NCBI GenBank assembly: GCA_902625885.1
Contig: CACODE010000006.1
Coordinates: 8,729-72,728, forward strand
DNA length: 64,000 nucleotides
Source of the DNA: an uncultured Candidatus Poseidoniales archaeon
GTDB taxonomy: Archaea > Thermoplasmatota > Poseidoniia > Poseidoniales > Poseidoniaceae
Reading direction: 5' to 3'
Shown in pieces: positions 36,968-46,333 of the stretch. The notes beneath the pieces were generated by a model that saw only the letters and a program-made list of their open reading frames with translations, was not told the origin of the DNA and searched no databases. Each line of letters opens with the position of its first letter. The stretch's first letter is position 1. A program made the translations under genes and the position numbers.

Positions 36968-37026
36968 ACTTCTGACGAATCGCGCTCAATCGCTTGGCTT
37001 ATTGGGAAGCGAACGGTGGACACACC

Positions 37027-38637
37027 ATGAGCGAAGTCCCGATTCTCAAGGAGACGACGCGAACAACGGGCAGAGAGGCGCTGCGAAACAACATCACAGC
37101 GGCCATGGCGCTCGCCGGAGCCGTGAGGACAACCCTTGGTCCTCTGGGGCAAGACAAGTTGCTCATCGACGATGAAGGACGAACGATGGTCACCAACGAC
37201 GGCGTGACCGTCCTTGAATCGGCAAAAGTCGAGCACCCCGTCGCCAAGATGCTGATCAACGCTTCAACCACGCAGGACCGCATCGCCCGCGACGGGACCA
37301 CAAGCGCAGTCCTCCTGTCGGCTGAGCTTTTGCAAAACGCTTGGGAGCTGGTGCTCCAGGGCGTCCATCCCTCTGCCATTGCGCGAGGCTACAGGCAGGC
37401 TGAAGAAGCGTGTCGAGGCCACTTTGCTGAGTTGATTATCGAAGCCAACGACGACCAGATGCTAGCGGCCGCCAGAACCGCCCTGTCCGGTAAAATTCAC
37501 GGAGCCATGCAAATTCACCTTGCTGAGCTCGCCGTTAAAGCGGCGACCGCCGTCGTTGAAGAACGCCCAACGGGAAACGTCGCCGATCCAACTCGGGTCA
37601 AAATTTTGACACAAACCGGCGGCAGCATGACCGACTCGTCGGTGGTCACCGGCTTGGTTCTCGCCAAAAAACGGGTTTCAGACCGAATGCCGAAGCACTT
37701 GGCATCGGGAAAAATCGCCCTTGTCGATGGTGGACTGGAGCGCCGAGAAATCATGAGCAATGTCAAACTCAACGTCTCCGACACCGGCGTTTTGGAGAGT
37801 TTCCGACAGAAAGAAAAGGCAATTCTTCTCGAGCAAATCAACCACCTTGTGGACCTTGGTGTGACGCTTCTCGCTTGCAAAGATGGCATTGATGATGACG
37901 TGCATTCAGCGCTCTGTGAAGCGGGTATACAGGCTTACAGGCGCGTGGCAAGGTCCGACTTGGATTTGTTGGCTCGCGGTACGAACGCCACGTTGAGCCA
38001 CGACATCAAAGGGCTGAGGAAGACGGACCTTGGCGTGTTCATCAAGAGCACAAACGAACGGTGGAATGGCGTCATGCACTGGATCGTTGAAACGGAGGAA
38101 GGCGGCGCTACGTTTGTGGCCAAAGGCTCCACCAACGAAACGGTTGGTGAGGTGGAACGGTGCTTTGGCGATGCCCTCGGCGTGGCGTGCCAACTTCTCG
38201 AGGAACCGCACCTGCTCGCAGGAGGTGGTGCTACGCAAGTCGCTCTTGCTCGACACCTTCGACGCTTTGCTGAAGGCTTTGCAGGGCGCGAACAACTGGC
38301 GGTCGAAGCCTTTGCAGATGCGCTAGAAATCGTACCGAGAACCCTCGCACAAAACGCAGGTTTGGACCCGCTGGATTCCCTCCTCCAAACGGTAGCGCAA
38401 CAGGCAACCGACGGCACATCAGCAGCCCACCACATCGGTCTCAATGTTGAGAAAAAGGTCCCCAGCAACATGGTTTCTGACGGCGTAGTGGAGCCTTTAC
38501 GCATCACTCGGCAAGTTCTGGCAGGTGCGACGGAAGCGGCGTTGTCGGTGTTGCGCATTGACGATGTGTTGTGGGCGAAACAAGACCCGACTGCTCCCGA
38601 TTTACCCGGTGGGGATGAAACAGAAACGGGTCCTTAG
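37027..38637 (+). CDS. thsA: thermosome subunit (group II chaperonin)
   Basis: TLGPLGQDKLLIDDEGRTMVTNDGVTVLE, HPVAKML and LLAGGGATQVAL are TCP-1/thermosome family blocks. Start at ATG 37027 (MSEVPILKE). Confidence 0.9.
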   Translation: MSEVPILKETTRTTGREALRNNITAAMALAGAVRTTLGPLGQDKLLIDDEGRTMVTNDGVTVLESAKVEHPVAKMLINASTTQDRIARDGTTSAVLLSAELLQNAWELVLQGVHPSAIARGYRQAEEACRGHFAELIIEANDDQMLAAARTALSGKIHGAMQIHLAELAVKAATAVVEERPTGNVADPTRVKILTQTGGSMTDSSVVTGLVLAKKRVSDRMPKHLASGKIALVDGGLERREIMSNVKLNVSDTGVLESFRQKEKAILLEQINHLVDLGVTLLACKDGIDDDVHSALCEAGIQAYRRVARSDLDLLARGTNATLSHDIKGLRKTDLGVFIKSTNERWNGVMHWIVETEEGGATFVAKGSTNETVGEVERCFGDALGVACQLLEEPHLLAGGGATQVALARHLRRFAEGFAGREQLAVEAFADALEIVPRTLAQNAGLDPLDSLLQTVAQQATDGTSAAHHIGLNVEKKVPSNMVSDGVVEPLRITRQVLAGATEAALSVLRIDDVLWAKQDPTAPDLPGGDETETGP

Positions 38638-38650
38638 CCCGAAACCTGCC

Positions 38651-38660
38651 TTTCATATAC
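38651..38660 (+). promoter_or_regulatory. TATA-like box upstream of HMG-CoA synthase
   Basis: TTTCATATAC is centred about 25 nt before the in-frame GTG at 38681, the spacing expected for an archaeal TATA box and a leaderless transcript. Confidence 0.35.
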
Positions 38661-38680
38661 CCGTCTTCCGACGGACAACA

Positions 38681-40252
38681 GTGTCCGAAACGAGCAACCC
38701 CCCTGTTGGAATTGACGACATCGCCATTCATTTCCCACGTCTGTACATGGACATGAAGGACTTTGCCGACCTTCGTGGAGCGGACTACGGAAAGCTCAGC
38801 AAAGGCCTCGGTTTGGAAGCCATGGCCATCCCGGACGTTCACGAAGACACGGCAACCATGGGCGCCATGGCCGTCATGCAACTCATCGACAGAAACGGGC
38901 TTGACCCGCGAACCATTGGGCGAATGTACCTCGGGACCGAATCCGCTCTTGACGGCGCCAAACCAACGGCGACCTACATCGTTGACATGTTGACACAGCG
39001 GTACGCTGAACGCTTTGGAGACGACTGCTTCCAAACATGCGATGTGGTGGACATGACCTTTGCATGCATCGGGGCGGTTGATGCTCTCCACACCACGCTT
39101 GATTGGGTAGCACGCTCCAAAGAAAACGATGAACGTCTTGGGATCGTGATCTTCTCTGACAACGCAAAATACGCCTTGGAATCGTCAGGAGAGTACACCC
39201 AAGGTGCCGGCGGCGGCGCCCTGTTGATTCGCCGAAACCCACGGCTCCTCGAGATACCGGACTGCATCGGTGTTTCGACCACGCCCGTCCACGATTTTTT
39301 CAAACCACGCCGAGAAGTATCCATTCGGTCCGTGATTTCAAACGTGCTCCAACTCGCACAGGAAGCGGGCCAGAGCGTCAAAAAAGGCCTCTTGGACCGG
39401 ATGATTCGGCACCTGCCGAAATCCACGGTACGGAAGCTCGGTATTTTCGCTCACGGCGAAGAAAAGGTGAGCGTGCATCGAGACGACCCCGTGTTTGACG
39501 GCCAATTTTCCAACCTTTGCTACCAAAACGCCGTGCGTCAAGCCTTCTTTGATTTCACAAAAAAGGCCGTGAAATGCGACCGAATTGACCCACGAACCGA
39601 CGATCCCTTCACCGAACAGTGGTCGCGCATCATCATGCACCTGCCCTACGCCTACCAGGCCAAGCGCATGTTTCCCGACGTGTTCCGACACGACCGGGAG
39701 CACACCCCGATGTGGAAAGACGTGGTCGACCTTATTGGCCACATGCCACCTCGGCCCGAAACCAACGACAGAGAGGCGTTGGAAAACTGGGAGAGGGAAA
39801 AAGACGCTTACCGACGCCAAATCTCCAAAACACCTCAGTACACGGCCTTCCACGCCAGCCGCATCGAGAAAGGTCAGCGAGCGAGCAGCCTCATTGGCAA
39901 TCAGTACACGGGCTCCATTTTCCTGGCGCTGATGTCAACGTTTGAGTCCGATTTGGAAGACAACACCAACCTTGACAACGCACTCTTCGGCATGTGTGGC
40001 TACGGTTCAGGAGCCAAGGCAAAAGTCTTCGAAGGAAAGGTCAATCCAAGGTGGCGAGAGGTTGTCGCTACATGGAGGCTCTTCGAACGGTTGGCTGGTC
40101 GTATGGCCATTGACCACATCACGTACGAAAACCTCCACAAAGGCACTCAGGACAACAGCGTCATCGAACCACGAGGCGAGTTTGCTCTCGTTGACATCGG
40201 CGAAGAGGGCGTTGAAGAAGGCGCTCGACGCTACAAGTGGGTCAAAGCCTGA
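38681..40252 (+). CDS. hydroxymethylglutaryl-CoA synthase (long, bacterial/eukaryal-like form)
   Basis: VGIDDIAIHFPRLYMDM..., IGRMYLGTESALDGAKP, the catalytic-Cys block VDMTFACIGAVDAL, YTQGAGGGALLI and GYGSGAKA align by eye with the HMGS/MvaS family. I propose the GTG at 38681 as the start; the alternative ATG at 38615 overlaps the thermosome gene by 23 nt. Confidence 0.8.
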   Translation: MSETSNPPVGIDDIAIHFPRLYMDMKDFADLRGADYGKLSKGLGLEAMAIPDVHEDTATMGAMAVMQLIDRNGLDPRTIGRMYLGTESALDGAKPTATYIVDMLTQRYAERFGDDCFQTCDVVDMTFACIGAVDALHTTLDWVARSKENDERLGIVIFSDNAKYALESSGEYTQGAGGGALLIRRNPRLLEIPDCIGVSTTPVHDFFKPRREVSIRSVISNVLQLAQEAGQSVKKGLLDRMIRHLPKSTVRKLGIFAHGEEKVSVHRDDPVFDGQFSNLCYQNAVRQAFFDFTKKAVKCDRIDPRTDDPFTEQWSRIIMHLPYAYQAKRMFPDVFRHDREHTPMWKDVVDLIGHMPPRPETNDREALENWEREKDAYRRQISKTPQYTAFHASRIEKGQRASSLIGNQYTGSIFLALMSTFESDLEDNTNLDNALFGMCGYGSGAKAKVFEGKVNPRWREVVATWRLFERLAGRMAIDHITYENLHKGTQDNSVIEPRGEFALVDIGEEGVEEGARRYKWVKA

Positions 40253-40357
40253 GTTCAGTGGCAACAGTCGGGCAAGCAAGTCCGCCGCATCGGTGGTTGG
40301 CTCGCTGTTTCATTGCACCTTGAACATGAACTGCGTTCTGTTGGGAGAAGGCTCAAG

Positions 40358-41311
40358 TCAATCGGAGAGTCCGTTAAGCATGGCCCTGGTCATGGCGTGA
40401 AGATCGTACGCTGGAGACCACCCCCACTCTTTTTTTGCGATTGAGCCGTCAACTGAATCTGGCCACGAATCGGCGTAGGTTTGGCGAACGTCCGGAACGT
40501 AATCGCAGCTGAAACCTTCAACCTCTTGAGCGATGGCAGCAGCGAGTTCCTCTGCGGTGAAAGAAAAACCGTCAATGTTGTAGCCGGTTCTTGAAGACCC
40601 GAGCGATGTTGCCGGGGCTTCCATGACCATCAGCGTCGCTCGTATGGCGTCGTCCATGTACATCATCGGCAATTTGGTGTCCGGCCGAACAAAGCACCGG
40701 TAATGCTTCGAGCCAACGGCGGCGTGAAAAATCTCCACGGCGTAGTCGGTCGTGCCGCCGCCGGCTGGCGCTTTGTAAGAAACAAGGCCGGGATACCGAA
40801 GCCCTCTGACGTCAACACCATGCAGCGTCCAGTACTCCAGACCAAGTGCCTCACCTTCCACTTTGGTCTCGCCATAAACCGTTGTGGGATTGAGCGGCGT
40901 ATCCTGTGGTGCGTGTTTGGGTGCGTCAGGTCCGAACACAGCGATGGAAGAGGGAACGAAGACACGACAACCGCATGCTTTGGCCGCTTTGAGAACGGCA
41001 ACGGTTCCGCCAACGTTCACGCTTCGGCACAATTCTGGATTTTTCTCTCCCGTGGCCGAAAGAAGCGCCGCAAGGTGATAGATGGTGGTCACGCCTTCGT
41101 CACGGCATAGACGAGAAACCGAAGCGGTGTCGGTGACGTCAAGGATGGCGAAAGGACCCTTAGAAACGCAAGGATGGCCTTCCACGGTACGGATGTCGGA
41201 TGCGATGACGGCGGCATCGCCGTGTTTTGCCCTCAACGCTTCGACAAGTTCGGTGCCGATTTGACCCAAGGCTCCCGTGACAAGAACACGGTCGCCTGTT
41301 GGTTCCGACAT
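40358..41311 (-). CDS. extended-SDR NAD-dependent epimerase/dehydratase, L-threonine 3-dehydrogenase-like
   Basis: VLVTGALGQIGTEL, VIASDIR, IYHLAALLSA and the catalytic VYGETK (YxxxK) resemble the SDR-type threonine dehydrogenase subgroup. The substrate assignment is tentative. Confidence 0.65.
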   Translation of the reverse strand: MSEPTGDRVLVTGALGQIGTELVEALRAKHGDAAVIASDIRTVEGHPCVSKGPFAILDVTDTASVSRLCRDEGVTTIYHLAALLSATGEKNPELCRSVNVGGTVAVLKAAKACGCRVFVPSSIAVFGPDAPKHAPQDTPLNPTTVYGETKVEGEALGLEYWTLHGVDVRGLRYPGLVSYKAPAGGGTTDYAVEIFHAAVGSKHYRCFVRPDTKLPMMYMDDAIRATLMVMEAPATSLGSSRTGYNIDGFSFTAEELAAAIAQEVEGFSCDYVPDVRQTYADSWPDSVDGSIAKKEWGWSPAYDLHAMTRAMLNGLSD

Positions 41312-41421
41312 GAACCTTGCTACTTCTGACGATACTTGAAAGTAAAGCCGAGGCTCAATTGGTTCCGCTGGCCAATGTTGATATGATATGCGCGAGAGTA
41401 ATCAGCACCGTTGATGGTTCA

Positions 41422-43059
41422 ATGAAGTACGTGGTGGTCAGCGGAGGGGTTCTCTCGGGACTCGGAAAAGGGGTCACTGCCAGCAGCATCGGCGTCCTCC
41501 TCAAAGCCGCCGGCCTTCGTGTCACATCAATCAAAATTGATCCCTATCTCAACAGCGATGCCGGCACCATGTCGCCCTTTGAGCACGGTGAGGTCTTTGT
41601 TCTGGACGACGGCGGCGAAGTTGATTTGGACCTTGGCAACTACGAGCGGTTTCTCGACATCAACCTCTCAAGGGACAACAACCTCACAACAGGAAAAATA
41701 TACGCCAAAGTCATTGAGGCAGAACGACGCGGCGATTACCTCGGCAAAACCGTTCAGGTTATTCCGCACATCACGGACGCCGTCCAAGATTGGATCGAGG
41801 ACGTGGCTGCCCGTCCCGCCGACGGAAGTGACAAGACACCCGATGCCTGCATCATTGAGTTGGGAGGCACCGTTGGCGACATTGAATCCTCACCCTACGT
41901 GGAAGCCCTGAGGCAGTTCCAATTCAGGGTCGGAAGAGAGAACGTGACCTTTGTGCACGTGTCGCTGGTGCCCGTTCTTGGTCCGGTTGGCGAACAAAAA
42001 ACAAAGCCAACTCAGCACACCGTGAAGGAACTTCGAGGGCTTGGCATTTCCCCCGATATCCTCGTGTGTCGCTCCTCCTCGCCCCTCAACGATGAGACCA
42101 GAAACAAACTCGCTGCCTTCTGCCATGTCCAGCCCGGCGCCGTGATGTCAACGCATGACGTACCAAACATCTACCACGTACCGCTCATGCTCCACGAACA
42201 AGGCCTCTGCGACATACTCGGCGTTGATTGCACCGTCACCGGTCTTTTGGATGAGTGGACAGCAATGGCTCACCACCTCGACACGCTCACAAAAGAGGTT
42301 CACATCGCCATGGTTGGGAAATACACCGACCTTTCCGATGCCTACCTCTCGGTCATCAAGAGCCTGCAGCACGCCGCCATGGCCGTAGACAGGAAATTGG
42401 TCATCGACTGGATCGAGGCCAGCCATCTCGAGCAAAGTTGGGACGTCGAGGAACACGAGGAAGCTTGGCATCTGCTTCGTGAAGCGCACGGCGTCCTTGT
42501 TCCCGGGGGCTTTGGCGACCGAGGCATAGAAGGAAAAATCCTCGCTGCACAGCATGCGAGGGAGCAAGGCGTGCCGTTCCTCGGCATTTGTTTGGGCTTG
42601 CAAATTGCGACCATTGAGTTCTGTCGAAACGTGTTGGGATTGAACGGAGCCAATTCCACCGAGTTTGAAGACAACCCCGAGCACGCCGCCGTGATATTCA
42701 TGCCCGAGATCTCCAAAACCCACCTCGGCGGGACGATGCGTCTGGGCAGCCGTCCAACCCTTTGGCAGAAAGATGGCTCAAAGATCAGGGAACTCTACGG
42801 TCCAGGGGACGCGGTCGACGAACGCCACCGCCACCGCTATGAAGTCAATCCAGATTTGATCGGCCGCATTGAGGAAGCGGGTCTGATGTTTGTCGGGAAA
42901 GATGAATCGGGTCAGCGGTGTGAAATCTTTGAACTCAAGGACCACCCTTACTACGTCGGCGTCCAGTTTCATCCGGAATTCAAATCCAGGCCCGGAAAAC
43001 CCAGCCCGCCCTTCCTCGGCCTTCTGAAAGCGGCCTCTTCAAACGGTAAACAGGCATAG
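41422..43059 (+). CDS. pyrG: CTP synthase
   Basis: [17 protein letters not shown], the synthetase-domain blocks and the glutamine amidotransferase block [13 protein letters not shown] with HRHRYEVN are present. Start at ATG 41422. Confidence 0.95.
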   Translation: MKYVVVSGGVLSGLGKGVTASSIGVLLKAAGLRVTSIKIDPYLNSDAGTMSPFEHGEVFVLDDGGEVDLDLGNYERFLDINLSRDNNLTTGKIYAKVIEAERRGDYLGKTVQVIPHITDAVQDWIEDVAARPADGSDKTPDACIIELGGTVGDIESSPYVEALRQFQFRVGRENVTFVHVSLVPVLGPVGEQKTKPTQHTVKELRGLGISPDILVCRSSSPLNDETRNKLAAFCHVQPGAVMSTHDVPNIYHVPLMLHEQGLCDILGVDCTVTGLLDEWTAMAHHLDTLTKEVHIAMVGKYTDLSDAYLSVIKSLQHAAMAVDRKLVIDWIEASHLEQSWDVEEHEEAWHLLREAHGVLVPGGFGDRGIEGKILAAQHAREQGVPFLGICLGLQIATIEFCRNVLGLNGANSTEFEDNPEHAAVIFMPEISKTHLGGTMRLGSRPTLWQKDGSKIRELYGPGDAVDERHRHRYEVNPDLIGRIEEAGLMFVGKDESGQRCEIFELKDHPYYVGVQFHPEFKSRPGKPSPPFLGLLKAASSNGKQA

Positions 43060-43115
43060 ACAGCACCCCTGTGCGGCTGATTTCGCTCCACTGGGTGAAC
43101 ATTAAAGGGCAGAGG

Positions 43116-43853
43116 ATGCCTCTAATCGCCATGAACAACCGGACAAAAGCGGTATCAGGGGCCGCCGTTTTTTTCGGCTTAATTTGGTATTACGTCTTTC
43201 CCAACATGATCGCATGTGGCACGACGGAAACGGGTGATCCGATTGGCTTCTGTGAAGATGTCCTCCATCCCATGCTGACCTACTTCTGTGGCGTTCCCCC
43301 GCTCATCATCGCCTGCATGGTTTACGCCCTTCAACAAGGGGAAAGAAGGCCTGTTGAACTTCACCAATTGAACACCGAGGAAAACGGCCAAATGATCGTT
43401 CCAGCGTCTTTTGGAACACAAACGCAACAGATGTCTGCGCAGGAGTGGTCCGGTCGAGTGATGACCCTGAGCGCCTTTTCGCTCGCCGGTGGTTATGCGT
43501 TCATCTTCATCGTTGGTTTGCTGGCGATACCGTTCCTTGTGTTGTGCGGCTCAATGGGTTCAAACTGTTCCGACAGCGACTTTTTGTGGGCTGAAAACAG
43601 CATCGCAGCGGGGTACATTGTGATGCGACTCAGCGTCGCCGTGTTCGTTCTGTCAGCCATCATCAAAGGGATTCTCGATTTCAAAAACCCCGCCGATGTG
43701 GATGAAAGTGCGGCACCCGTTCTTCGAGTGTCCGGAGCCAACGTTATCGTTCGATGCGCCGCCTGCAAGAAAAAAATCAAATTCCCGTCGTCGTATGTTG
43801 GCGAGGTGCAATGCCCGAAGTGTGACCATGTGTTCCTAACGGGCAACCAGTAG
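43116..43853 (+). CDS. hypothetical membrane protein with C-terminal zinc-ribbon
   Basis: About 5 hydrophobic helices, followed by a cytoplasmic VRCAACKKKIKFPSSYVGEVQCPKCDHVF (CxxC...CxxC). Start set to ATG 43116. No family recognised. Confidence 0.45.
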   Translation: MPLIAMNNRTKAVSGAAVFFGLIWYYVFPNMIACGTTETGDPIGFCEDVLHPMLTYFCGVPPLIIACMVYALQQGERRPVELHQLNTEENGQMIVPASFGTQTQQMSAQEWSGRVMTLSAFSLAGGYAFIFIVGLLAIPFLVLCGSMGSNCSDSDFLWAENSIAAGYIVMRLSVAVFVLSAIIKGILDFKNPADVDESAAPVLRVSGANVIVRCAACKKKIKFPSSYVGEVQCPKCDHVFLTGNQ

Positions 43854-43859
43854 GGTGGC

Positions 43860-44573
43860 TCACCCCTCTGAATCGAGCCACTGCCTGACCAAACCCGGAA
43901 GAAGTTCACCCGCTTTTCCGAGGTGCACCTCGTCGAACGAATCGAGATTAAGTGGAGGTTCAGCGTTCACAAGCACCGTCCGGGCGCCGTGACGGCGGGC
44001 CACGTCAACCAAATCCGCTGCCGGATAGACATGACCCGAACTCCCAACGACAACAAACACTTCACAAGCGTCTACGGCCCGGTATATCGCCTCCATGTGC
44101 ATCGGTATTTCACCAAACCAAACGATATCCGGCCGAACCCTGCTCGGTGTTGAACAGCAGGTACACAAAAGAAAATCGTCGCTAAAATCGGTTGAATTCA
44201 TGCGCTTTTCGTGCCGTCCTGTAGCTTCGCAACGAAGCGTTTCTAGGCGTCCATGCATGTGAATGACGTCGCTTGACCCTCCCCTTTCGTGAAGGTTGTC
44301 AACGTTCTGCGTGATGAGGACCATGCTGTCCAAACCGTTCTGAAGTTGAGAAAGCGCTACATGCGCTGGATTGGGTTCAACATCCTGCAGTTGACGACGA
44401 CGGCGCTGATAAAAATGCCAAACCAGGGAGGGGTCAGCAAGCCAAGCTTGCGGCGTGGCGACATCCTCGATTCGGTGTTCTTCCCAAAGGCCACCGTTGT
44501 CCCGAAACGTTCGAATGCCAGACTCGGCCGAAACACCGGCACCGGTCAGGACAACCACCCGTTTCCCTTGCAT
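43860..44573 (-). CDS. cobB: NAD-dependent protein deacylase (sirtuin, CobB/Sir2 family)
   Basis: VVLTGAGVSAESGIRTFRD, ITQNVDNLHE and VVVGSSGHVYPAA are the canonical short class III sirtuin blocks. 237 aa. Confidence 0.8.
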   Translation of the reverse strand: MQGKRVVVLTGAGVSAESGIRTFRDNGGLWEEHRIEDVATPQAWLADPSLVWHFYQRRRRQLQDVEPNPAHVALSQLQNGLDSMVLITQNVDNLHERGGSSDVIHMHGRLETLRCEATGRHEKRMNSTDFSDDFLLCTCCSTPSRVRPDIVWFGEIPMHMEAIYRAVDACEVFVVVGSSGHVYPAADLVDVARRHGARTVLVNAEPPLNLDSFDEVHLGKAGELLPGLVRQWLDSEG

Positions 44574-44659
44574 GAGAATTCGTCAAGGCTGAAGATATAT
44601 CAAGAACATGATGGCATCATGACGGCGTTGCTTCACAAAATCGGTTTGTTGGGTCTGCC

Positions 44660-45844
44660 TCACAATTCCGCCACGCGAATAAGGCGCGTCGTGCGGAAGC
44701 CTTGAAGAATTTTGACGAAGCGTTTGGCTTGAAATTCTGCATCAAGGCTTTCATCGCCCGTATCGATTCGAACCGAATCCAGACCGATCAACTTCGAGGG
44801 CGTGGCGACGCCCAGAATGTTGCGATGGCCAACAAGACGCAGCACAGCTGGCGAGAGTTGCAGGTTTCCACGGCCGATGAGGAACCCTTGCCCACCCATG
44901 GGGGACAGCAACAACAACACAGGCCGTGAACCATCGCCTTGAAGGTGGTTGCCAAGAATCTCCAACAAACCTGCCTCGTTGAGGTCGTTGTGCACAGTGG
45001 GACCGTGTTGAACATCGATACCAAGGAGCGTCAGATTTAGTTCCAAATGTTCGCCCATGCGCCGCAGCGTCCCTCCGCTTCCCCAGACCACCATCAGGTC
45101 GGGTTCGTCATCCAGCAGGGTGCGAACGTGGTGAGCGAGGCCTTCGATGGTATCTTCTTCACTGACTCGCTCGACCTGCTCTTTTGCGCCTTGCATGTAG
45201 CGGGGCGAAGATGGCGTCCAGGCCTCACCGTACATCCGGACTTTCCATTCGCCCTTAGCGTACACTGTTTCATCCAAATCCATGACCTCCGTGATGGCTG
45301 TTCGCAAATCCCCCAGTGCGAAGGCGAGGGCAACTTCAGCCGCCGCTTTTGGAGTGGTTGCAAAGCAGCCTGAGTGCATTTTCACGCCACCTGGTACCCC
45401 GATGATGGCGATTTTTTGGGCCTCTTCTCCAGCCTCTTCGAGAGCGTTGACGATGTCTCGCGTGGTGCCGTCTCCCCCAGCATAGAGGATGGCATCAACC
45501 CCGTTTGCGACGAAATCGTGGACCAGCCTTGCCGTGTCTGCTGGTGTGGTGGTCTTTGGTGTGGAGCCGATGCTGCTGACGCTAAACGTCGGCGGTGAGG
45601 CCTGTGGAGGCAACCATGTGCCGCCCATGCGCCCGTCCCAAACGACCAACTCAAGAACAACATCGGTCCGGTTCAGCGATGACGTAGCCATCGACGCAAG
45701 ATGGTTTAGGCACTGATTCATTCTTGGGCCCGCCCTGTCTTCCGCACCAGCGGCTCTGGCTTCTTCCGCCCTGCCGTCGCTGCCTTTGAAACCCAATTTT
45801 CCACCCAGACCTGCGTCAGGATTGACCAAGATGCCGAGGCGCAT
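44660..45844 (-). CDS. ATP-NAD kinase-like protein (COG3199-type)
   Basis: MRLGILVNPDAGLGG... and ILYAGGDGTTRDIVNAL resemble the NAD kinase/diacylglycerol kinase catalytic fold of archaeal COG3199 proteins. Start moved to ATG 45844. Confidence 0.55.
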   Translation of the reverse strand: MRLGILVNPDAGLGGKLGFKGSDGRAEEARAAGAEDRAGPRMNQCLNHLASMATSSLNRTDVVLELVVWDGRMGGTWLPPQASPPTFSVSSIGSTPKTTTPADTARLVHDFVANGVDAILYAGGDGTTRDIVNALEEAGEEAQKIAIIGVPGGVKMHSGCFATTPKAAAEVALAFALGDLRTAITEVMDLDETVYAKGEWKVRMYGEAWTPSSPRYMQGAKEQVERVSEEDTIEGLAHHVRTLLDDEPDLMVVWGSGGTLRRMGEHLELNLTLLGIDVQHGPTVHNDLNEAGLLEILGNHLQGDGSRPVLLLLSPMGGQGFLIGRGNLQLSPAVLRLVGHRNILGVATPSKLIGLDSVRIDTGDESLDAEFQAKRFVKILQGFRTTRLIRVAEL

Positions 45845-45951
45845 GGGGTTGGCTAGCGGCACTCCCTCAAATAGGCCTGCTTCGGTTGAGTTGGGGGTTT
45901 TCCCAAAAAAAACACCCCAGTCTTCATGAGGAAGGGGGCGCATGGCCATTC

Positions 45952-46254
45952 ATGAAAGGACCGCCGACCGATGAGCCCAGTCTTGAGGACATTTTGGCAA
46001 GGGACTTTGCAGAGTTGATGGTCGGTGAAAAAAACCTCAACCCGGAACCTGCGGAAAAGACTCCTGAGAAGGAGTCCCTCAGCGAAACCAAGCCAAGGGT
46101 GTACAACCAACGCATTGATGCTGTGGAGGAACGCGATGCATTCGTCGTCAAAGCACCAAAGAAGAGCCAAGATGAACCTGCGCAAAAGCCGTCAAAAAAC
46201 ATCCTTGCAAAGCCGAGCGCAGAACCGGGCGATGACTTTGATGTTGACTGGTAG
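45952..46254 (+). CDS. hypothetical small acidic, disordered-looking protein (100 aa)
   Basis: This is the only sizeable ORF in an otherwise ~490-nt gap. It is P/E/K-rich and ends in ...GDDFDVDW. There is no family support, so coding status is uncertain. Confidence 0.3.
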   Translation: MKGPPTDEPSLEDILARDFAELMVGEKNLNPEPAEKTPEKESLSETKPRVYNQRIDAVEERDAFVVKAPKKSQDEPAQKPSKNILAKPSAEPGDDFDVDW

Positions 46255-46333
46255 AACGGGTTCGAAAGGTTTGACTGAAGCGCGGGATTCATAGCAAGCG
46301 CACCACCCCCTAACATCACGGAGAACCGATAGC

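Noticed and set aside
38525-38680. N-terminal extension of the HMG-CoA synthase ORF (and analogous 5' extensions of ALDH, 2PGK-like kinase, crcB, rdgB, pyrG, thermosome, dnaK and the pilin-like gene at 7115-7312)
   Set aside because: These extensions overlap upstream genes or divergent promoters. They are R/C/H-rich and do not align with the family N-termini. Internal starts have better SD or TATA context.
43860-44573. Sir2-domain gene as part of an anti-phage system (Thoeris/DSR/SIR2-HerA-like)
   Set aside because: It is a short (237 aa) canonical sirtuin with deacylase-type motifs (GAGVSAESGIRTFRD, QNVDNLHE). It has no fused effector or sensor domains and no partner genes such as TIR, HerA or a helicase. 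Its neighbours are housekeeping genes.
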